From: Podarcis gaigeae
Lineage: Eukaryota
Length of the DNA: 64,000 bases
Reading direction: 5' to 3' (one strand)
NCBI GenBank assembly: GCA_964106915.2
Contig: OZ066930.1
Of this stretch, positions 55,701 through 64,000 are shown piece after piece. Position numbers and translations under genes: made by a program. Within the stretch, counting starts at the first letter, position 1. Every line of letters starts with the position of its first letter. The notes below the pieces were generated by a model. The model worked only from the letters and a program-made list of their open reading frames with translations. It searched no databases and was not told the DNA's origin.

Positions 55701-56531
55701 GGGCACTAGCATGGAAAATGAAAGATGGAGACAACATGAAGACCAGGAGCCAAGCCGTACACAGCCAAGAGTGGAAGAACCATCGTGAAGAAAATAGCCC
55801 TGTAGACCAGGTCCCACTGAGTAACAGCCATGCATCGCATGAAAGACAAAGCCAAAATTGTGGGAGTTGAGCCTGCATCCAGTTCCAATAGGAAACAACA
55901 GAGGGAGGAAAAAAAAACCTGTAAGTTTCTCAGTGGCTTTACACCTGTTCACAACGCCCCCACCAGAACAATAATAAAATAATGCAGCAGTTAAGATAAA
56001 AGCATGCCAATGCATAAACACAATAATGCATAAAAAGGCAGCATTTAAACCAGTTGCAAGATGTCGTTAAGTGCAACTGAGCAGACAAGATGGTGGGGAA
56101 AGGCAACCAATGCCAATACTTAAATTATGTCACTAAAAGCCCAGATAAACAGGGCAGATTTTCCCCTAGTCCAAAAAAGGTAAGACAGAGAAGGCACCAG
56201 AGGGTAGGGATGGGATTTTCTAGAAATCTCAGTGTTGGGCTTATGCACACAAATTCTTTTTCCAATTCATGTCTCACTCCCTGATCTGAATGAGAAGAGG
56301 GTTGTTTTCTAACCAGCTCCACTAAAAATAGGAACATTATTTGGATATAATTTTTGTATATACATGTAAATAATATACAATAATGTTTATGTATAATACA
56401 TATGCAATGCTCAGCTGGGTTGTAACTGCTGAATTCCATATATAGTCATTTAAAACAGATTCCTTTTCCATCCCTACCAGGGAATCTAGAGGGAGTTTCA
56501 TTAAAAGAGTGCCACCACAGAAAATGTAATA

Positions 56532-56736
56532 TAGTGGACCCTCGGGTTATGTTACCTTTGGGTAATGTAACTTTCTGGTTGCAAACGCGTCAAACCTGGA
56601 AGTGGGTTTGCTGCGCATGCGCAGAAGTGCTCTGCGGCGGCGCATGCATGCGCAGAAGCAGTCCTCCAGTTATGGAATTTTCGGGATACGGCTGGGCCTC
56701 TGGAACAGATCCTGTTCATAACTGGAGGTACCATTG
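56532..56736. mobile_element. Tc1/mariner MITE
   Basis: Degenerate CAGTGGTACCTC-type TIRs, TA flanks, internal palindrome cttctgcgcatgcgcagaag-like. Confidence 0.75.
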
Positions 56737-57387
56737 TATCTTTGGTTGTCACCTAATTTTCACAGGTGATGGCACCTAGAGATTTCAGCTGCTGGGGAGG
56801 CTGATATGGGATGCAGCTTTGTGGTCAAAGCTAAGGAGCTTCAGTCCTGTAAATTGCCTATGTAGCAGAGTGCATGGGAATCATGTGTGCCAGCTCCTCA
56901 GAAGAACAGTGGGGTACAATAAAATAAGCAAATATCTACTATCCCTACTGATGTCTGCAGCCAATCTATGGCTTAACCCAAGAGGGTGTGCATAAATATG
57001 TGCTGCAATGAGGAATATGCTGCCTCCTTTTGCAATGCCTCTGAACATTGGAAGCTGCCTTCTAACAAGTCAAATTATTGGTTCATTTGGCTCACTGTAG
57101 GCCTTACACTTTTGCAAAATGCCCCGAAGTCAAGATCCTTGGCTTGACTTGTCTGAACAGAAATAATGAACAAAAACTGTTATCCTAACTTAGAAGTGCA
57201 CAAAGCGGATTATGCTATTACTTTCAAGGACATTCAGTAACTCTGATTTAAGATTCCACAGATTTGTGAGCGGAGGATGGATGCTAGCTAGCTGACTTCT
57301 CAGCAGAAAGCAAATTCTTCAAGGGCTTAGCTAAGTCTAAAGGAAAACTGCTGAGTGCAGCTGATGGGAAATCAACTTGGGGCTCTA

Positions 57388-57418
<31 letters not shown>

Positions 57419-58756
57419 AGCACAAGTCTTTCCCTGCCACTGGTACCCCCTCCTGCTACTCTTAAATGACATGCGCCAACATGTCATACACACCAGTAGA
57501 CTGAGCACAGTGCCCCTCCCAGAAAAGGGCCTGACACAAATTAAACCTGTTCTGTTAGAGGAATTTGCTTCAAAGCTGATTAAGTGTTGCTCAAGTGCAA
57601 GAGATTAAAATCCACAAAAACTGCTCTTTGAGGACTCCTATAAGCAGTTGCTGAGTTAACAACACTTGGGGCAAAATCACTTCCAGACCTGCAGCCCTTT
57701 TTCCCTCTCACTCACTTGGGAGGTGCATGTTCTTTGCAATCTGTTTATAAATGCATAAAAAATCATGATTGGAAAGAATCAAATATTTTCTTCCTTGTTT
57801 CTTGATAAAAGGAAAAGCTGTGCCTCTGCATCCCCCTGCATTGCACTACCTTTTATTCTCTGCAATGTGTGTGTGGCCTTCGCCCCTTCCTTAAAACTAC
57901 TGTAGCTGCAGCACACATCTAATAATGGACTACACTGGTGTTAGTACTAGATAGCCAAAGAAAAAAGCAGGCTATGGTATGACCACTGTCATATGTTATA
58001 TGAAGGCACCCTGCCCTTTGCCCTGGGTGACTTTGCAATTTATAGCTTCTGACACACTGTGCCTTACTATAAAGAAATACTGGAGCTCATAAGGAAGACC
58101 CTAGGAGTTGGTCAAAGAATGGGCCCGGGTTTGAAGAAGGTATAGGCAAGGTGCCCTTTGGTGCCTCCCAAAGTTTATCAGAGTAGACAGGGCAGATGTG
58201 GATGAATGGCAGTGGGCACAAGTAGGATGGATGGTGATGAAACAGTGTATCTTCAGCCTGGCACTATGAAGAGAATTAAGTGGTTAATTCCCAACGCGTC
58301 TTGGTCTTGGCCCTGATATGGTGTCTGCCAGGAGTAAAGCTCAGTGGCATGATGGTTAATGAAGACTGTAGCTACATCTGCCTGGCTTGGTCTTTCTTTT
58401 CACAGAGATGGGCCACCATGCTACATGCTGGACTGGATCAACTTTAGGGAAGGGCTCATAGCTCAATACTGGAGCTATGCCTCACATACAGAATGCTTCA
58501 GGCATACTTCTCAGCATCTCCTATTTAAAGGGATCTCAAGTAGGACAAATGGGAGAGAGTGAGACCTTGGAGAACTATTGCAAGTCAGAATACCAAATAT
58601 TGGACTAGGTGGATCAATGGTCTGATTCAGTGTTGTTGTAGCTGCCAATATTTATTTGCTTTCCCCCTAGAGAAGTGACTCAGAGCAACTTACAGTGCAA
58701 AAACAAACACTAAAATCAAGTGTAAGAAGAATAAACTGAGAAGCTAAAATACAGTA

Positions 58757-58999
58757 CAGTGATACCTCAGGTTACATACGCTTCAGGTTACATATGCTTC
58801 AGGTTACAGACTCCGCTAACCCAGGAATAGTGTTTCAGGTTAAGAACTTTGCTTCAGGATAAGAACAGAAATCGGGCTCCGGCAGCGTGGTGGCAGCAGG
58901 AGGCCCCCATTAGCTAAAGTGGTGCTTCAGGTTAAGAACAGTTTCAGGTTAAGAACGGACCTCCGGAATGAATTAAGTACTTAACTCGAGGTACCACTG
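58757..58999. mobile_element. Tc1/mariner MITE nested in an older SINE
   Basis: TA-flanked TIRs, near-identical to 1749-1963; the SINE tail taaggcagcttcct resumes at ~59002. Confidence 0.88.
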
Positions 59000-59273
59000 T
59001 ATAAGGCAGCTTCCTATATTCTCTCAGAGTAAGGGATATGCTAGTTATTTAATGACTTGCTGAAACTTTGCATTATTTTCTTTTTAGAATGTATTTACTT
59101 TAAGGCCACTCTTCCATAACAAAATGCCAAAAGTAGCCAAACATATTTTTCATAATGTTTATTGAGGAATTAACCAAACATGGCAGTCACTTTATATTGC
59201 CCAAGTTATGCTGCTTGATTTTTTAAAAAAACTTTCCTTTAATCATTGGAGATGTTTGAGAAATGTCCAAATA

Positions 59274-60097
59274 CAGTGGTGCCCCGCAAGACGAACGCCT
59301 CGCAAGACGAAAAACCCACTAGACGAAAGGGTTTTCCGTTTTGGAGGCGCTTCTCAAAACGAATTTCCCTATGGGCTTGCTTCGCAAGAAGAAAGCCCAT
59401 AGGGAAATCTCCGGGGACCTCTTTTAAATGCTAGCGGTGGGGAGCAAAGCCTTTCCCCCCCCTCCGGCCTTCAGAAGAGGTCCAGGAAGGCCGGCGGGGG
59501 CCGAAAGGCTTTGCTCCCCACCGCCAGCATTTTAAAAGCAGTCCGGGATAGCAGGGAAGCGCTTCCCGCTATCCCGGATGGCTTTTGAAGGCAGGCGGGG
59601 GGGAGCAAAGACTTTTGCCCCCCGCCCGCCTTCAGAAGAGGTCCTGGACCCGGGAAGGCAGGCCAGGACCTCTTCTGAAGGAGGGCGTGGGGCAAAAGTC
59701 TTTGCTCCCCCCGCCTGCCTTCAAAAGCCATCCGGGATAGCGGGAAGCGCTTCCCTGCTATCCCGGTCCAGGACCTCTTCTGAAGGCGGGCGGGGGGCAA
59801 AAGTCTTTGCTCCCCCCCGCCTGCCTTCCCGGGAGAGCGGAGAAACGCAGCGCTGCGTTTCTCCGCTCTCCCGGGAAGGCAGGCGGGGGGGAAGCAAAGA
59901 CTTTCGCCCCCCGCCCGCCTTCAGAAGAGGTCGGGGGACAGACTGTCCCCGGACCTGGTCTGAAGGCGGTTTCCATAGGAACGCATTAATTGATTTTTAA
60001 TGCATTCCTATGGGAAACCGTGCTTCGCAAGACGAAAAACTCGCAAGACGAAAAAGACTTGTGGAACGAATTAATTTCGTCTTGCGAGGCACCACTG
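59274..60097. mobile_element. Young non-autonomous Tc1/mariner element with GC-rich fold-back interior
   Basis: 22-bp TIR CAGTGGTGCC(C/T)CGCAAGACGAA, TA TSD on both sides, repeated subterminal cgcaagacgaa motifs, no transposase. Confidence 0.92.
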
Positions 60098-60485
60098 TAA
60101 TACGACATCTGGAGTACCATGACCCATTTGCATTTAGGCAAAATGACAAGTACAACACTAATCTTTCTGGGAAGCAAAAGAGAGCAGCTGCCTTTTGTGG
60201 GAGATTTTGGAGGGGGTACCACTTTTTCCTTAATTCCAACCCCCACCTCTATATTGTGTTTTAAAAACAGTGTCACTCAAAAGCAGAAAAGGGCAAATAT
60301 GTGTGTAATTTTGGCTTTTCCCTTCCAGTGCAAAAAGTCTAAGGCTGACACTGGAAACGCAGAAGTATCTTAATTTTTGAAAATCAATCTTTATCTCGCT
60401 ATTTAGGTATCACTGCAGTTGTAGACAGAACACTAACCACTATTAATGTTAAGGTTCTAATTTCCCTTGAATGGTTTTGTTATTT

Positions 60486-61256
60486 CATAGAATCAAAGAG
60501 GGTTATCTAGTCAAACCTCCTGCAATGCAGGAATCTCAACTAAAACATCCATTACAGGTGGCCATCCCACCTCTGCTTAAAAACCTCCAAGGAAGGGGAG
60601 TCCACAACTTCCAGAGGGAGACTGTTCCACTGTCAAACAGCTCTTACTGTCAGAAAGTTTTTTTTGCATGTTTAGTCAGAATCACCTTACTTGCAATTTG
60701 AAGCCATTGGTTCCAGTCTTGCCCCCCAGAGCAGCAGAAAGTAAGCGTATTCTCTTTTCCATGTGACAGTCCTTTAGATATTTGAAGATGGCTATCATAT
60801 CTCCTCTCAGTCTCCTCTAATCCAGGCTAAATATGCCCAGTTCTTGCAACCATTCCACATAAAGCTTGGTTTCCAGACCCTTGATCATCTTGGTTGTCCT
60901 CCACTTCCCATGTTCCAGTTTGTCAATATCGTTCTTAAATTGTGGTGCACAGAACTTGACAAAGAACTCCAGGTGTAAGCTCTCACCAAGGCAGAATAGA
61001 GTAGGACAATTACTTGGCTTGATTGGGACGCTATACTTCTGTTGATGCAGTCTAGAATAGCATCAGGATTTTTTTGCTGCTGCTGCTGTTGTCTCAGGTT
61101 AACCTTGTGGTTAACACCTTGTTTTCACATGTACTACTGGCAAAGCCAGATGTCCCCCATCTTATATTTGTGCTGCTGATTCATCCTGTCTAAGTGTAGA
61201 ACCTGGCATTTGTCCCTATTGAAATTCATTTTGTTACGGGCCCAGTTCTTCTATCT
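60486..61256 (-). mobile_element. CR1 LINE 3' fragment (5'-truncated)
   Basis: Antisense CR1 ORF2 C-terminal sequence and attctatga-type 3' terminus; no intact ORF. Confidence 0.85.
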
Positions 61257-61967
61257 AAACTAAGCAAGCAAACCTGCTCACCAGACCCTTTTGGATAACC
61301 CATGTAAATCTTCCATTGGAAGACTGATTTTGAACGTGAGAGGCTGGTTCATAGCAGGCATTAGAACCGGTGGTCAAGGGGAAGGGCTGTAAATCAATGG
61401 CAGAACATCTACTCTGGAAGCAGATGGTCCCATGTACAATCCCTGGCATCTTCAGATAGGGCTGGGAGAGACACCTGTCTGCAATCCTGCCAGTCACTGT
61501 AAACAATACTGAGTCTGATGGACCTATGATCTGACTCAGTATATGGCAATTTTGGATGCATGAACAGCAGTAAAGGTAAATGCACAATAATCTGCTAATG
61601 GCACCTATTTCTCCCAACGAAGGTCAAACTCGCCCCTGCAATTGTGGTTTCATTCTCCAACACTTGCAACACCCCAATTCTAATACACTACCCAAGCCTC
61701 TCCTCAGACCGTTGGACATTCCTGAAACCTCTTATTTGTTGGTGTTTGCTGTATTTGTTCATTCTACGACAGACTGCTCATCAAAGTCTGAAGAGAAAGT
61801 GCTTGCTTTTTCTGGCTATACTTGAGAAAGACATTCAATATGTTATCAGCAATTTAAAATATACCTCGGAAGCTGCAGTGTGTAAAATTAACTTCTAGAG
61901 AGCCTGGGACAGAGGGGAGATGAACCCTGAAGAATGAAAACATTAAGCACTCACACTAAACATTTTT

Positions 61968-62152
61968 AAAACAAAAAAATTCCTTCCAGTAGCACTCTAA
62001 AGACCAACTAAGTTAGTTCTTGGTATGAGCTTTCGAAATGTGTATGCACACGAAAGCTCATACCAAGAACTAACTTAGTTGGTCTTTAAGGTGTTACTGG
62101 AAGGAATTTTTTTGTTTTGACTATGGCAGACCAACACAGCTACCCATCTGTA
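61968..62152. mobile_element. Penelope-like element terminal remnant (inverted pseudo-LTR)
   Basis: ~68-bp inverted arms around a 15-nt spacer plus short unique tail, bounded by a perfect 13-bp direct repeat actaaacattttt (61955-61967 / 62153-62165); family call from recall of reptile Penelope ends. Confidence 0.68.
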
Positions 62153-64000
62153 ACTAAACATTTTTGCAAGCCAGCCCACAAAGACAAAAATATGGACAGT
62201 GGTTTACCAGGAACAGGTGCCAGAAAATAGGATTGTTTCTGGAAAATAAGGGTCAGAAAATATGGACAGTTGGATCATAGGAGCTGTAGCCAATGCTAGT
62301 CCTACTCAGAGTAAACTCACTGAAATTGATGCACACAACTAATTTAGGGACATTCATTTCAATGGGTCTACTCTAAGTAGAACTCAGTTGGATACAGCCC
62401 TATGCTTACATGTACTCCACAACCATTTAGGTATCAAACAACATTCAGCATCTTACATCTTGAAAACAAAACAAACACTGAATCACAATTTGGAGCAAAG
62501 GGCGCTCTGCAACGCCTAGCGTCACCAGATCCAAACTTAGGCCTTTCCTAGCATTTTTTTGGTTTTTTGCTTGCTCTCTTTTTCAACAGGAAGCTCCTTC
62601 CGCAAGGACTTGGATCCAGCCTCTCTCACTTCAGTTCGTTGGTACGGAGCTGTCTGTCAAGTCAAATCGTCTTGCAACAATCTAAAACACCCTCAGAACA
62701 GCTGCCACTGTCAATTATTCTCTCCGACAGCCTTGACTATCAGGAAAAGAACTGGAGCGAGCACTTGCCAGTTTTAATAAACTGTGTTGCCCAAGTCATT
62801 TAACCTGCTAGATTGCTGTACGCTGGGACTGTAACAAGCCTTCAAGCTTCTTGAGGAAAGGAACCGTGGCAAAGGGCTGGCAGCTTGGTCCTTGGAATCT
62901 GCTTCCAAGTGCACCCATTTTCTTTCTCTTCGGAGGCACCCAGGTTTTGAAAAAACATAATTTCAAGACTTCTGCACAGTGTTTTGTGATGCGAAAGTGG
63001 CTACCGTTTATCTCTATTACGTCTGCACCTTCCCCTTCCTCCCAGTAGCTCAGAGCAGTATTTTAGCCTGAAAACCACTCTCTGAGGTGGGTTAGAATGA
63101 GTGAGTGTGATTTGCCCAAGGCCACCCAGGGAGCTTAATAGCCGAGTACAATTTAAAGTTGAGTTTTTCAACACTCTAGCCAGTACCCCATACTGGTTTT
63201 CAAAACAGCTTTCAAAATCACCTAAGTGAATTAGGACCCTGAGTCTGCATGCTTCAAAAGACTGTATTTTAAAATTACCCCACTCACTTAAATGACACTA
63301 TGTAGGAGCATGTGGTTTTTGGAGAAACACACCAGATTTTAAATTAAGGCCACAATCTTTACTTTAATAATTGCTAAATCAATTAAAACCCTTTTAAGGT
63401 TTAGGTGTATTAGATAAACTAAACCAATTTTTAAGTTTACTAAAAGGATACCTGATTCAGACAATTCCTCCTCCTTAAAAAAACAAAAACTTATTTATTA
63501 TTTTCTTAATTTTTTTAATGAAATCTACAGGTGGCAGGAACATCTTCTAACATGACATCATATACATGCACCATCTAGAAACAAATAGTGCTTTTTATTC
63601 AAAACTATTGGCTTAGTCACAAAAATTATGATTAAATGAATTTATTTAATTAACTGGATGAAAGCCTCATGTTAAATGAGAGCTTCCCTTGTGGACAATC
63701 TACTCAAAGAGAAAAAGAATGCTTCACAATTTATTTCTGGGCCCAATTCAAGATGTTCAAGGTGTTCACATTAATGCTATTGAGTTATATCCAGTCCTGC
63801 TCCAAGTTGTTGGCATCCATCAGACTAGAAAGACAATGGAGTGCAGCCCTGGGGGCAAAGTCAAACTGCTGGAGAATCACAGCACCTGCTGTGGCTGCAG
63901 AAACCGGTAACTCATAACTGCTGCCTCCTGTGTTGCTTTTGCTGCATTAGCAGCACTGAAGTGACCTATCTGGGGCAAAAGGCAGTGTGTATGGACTGGG

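Noticed and set aside
55615-56021. Hydrophobic ORFs as a possible alternative first exon
   Set aside because: No donor with a phase matching the 51686 acceptor; T-rich composition explains the hydrophobicity
59471-60000. Repetitive ORFs and CpG-island-like composition
   Set aside because: Interior of a non-autonomous transposon; no transposase motifs; not a promoter island
51687-64000. Search for the next upstream FBRSL1 exon
   Set aside because: No phase-compatible exon with family similarity found by eye; probably outside the window, though a very small exon could have been missed

Overview
Vertebrate genomic DNA, most likely from a squamate and probably a lacertid lizard, judging by Sauria SINEs, CR1-tailed tRNA SINEs and lizard-type MITEs. 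The window holds the 3' part of an AUTS2-family gene on the minus strand. The C-terminus RDYSPSRNPKEVEAR and the motifs [19 protein letters not shown] and [17 protein letters not shown] identify it as FBRSL1 (fibrosin-like 1) rather than AUTS2 or FBRS. I traced 13 phase-compatible GT-AG coding exons from 51686 down to the stop at 8904 (2939 nt, about 979 codons). There is also an alternative exon at 43969 with two donors, and a 3'UTR with candidate poly(A) signals at about 7800 and 5748. The 5' exons were not found and probably lie beyond the right end. Introns are dense in SINEs, CR1/L2 fragments, Tc1/mariner and hAT MITEs, a Penelope-like remnant and microsatellites. The most interesting structure is a splicing switch around the HQHT (HX-repeat) exon. 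A long form of the upstream cassette exon can replace the HX exon in frame, and the two appear mutually exclusive both by reading frame and by branch-point geometry. Other leads are an inverted pair of young SINEs bracketing four exons (possible circRNA), a poison acceptor, extra in-frame donors and several long palindromes. Almost all other ORFs in the track are spurious. Exon numbers follow AUTS2 homology as recalled, not a database.
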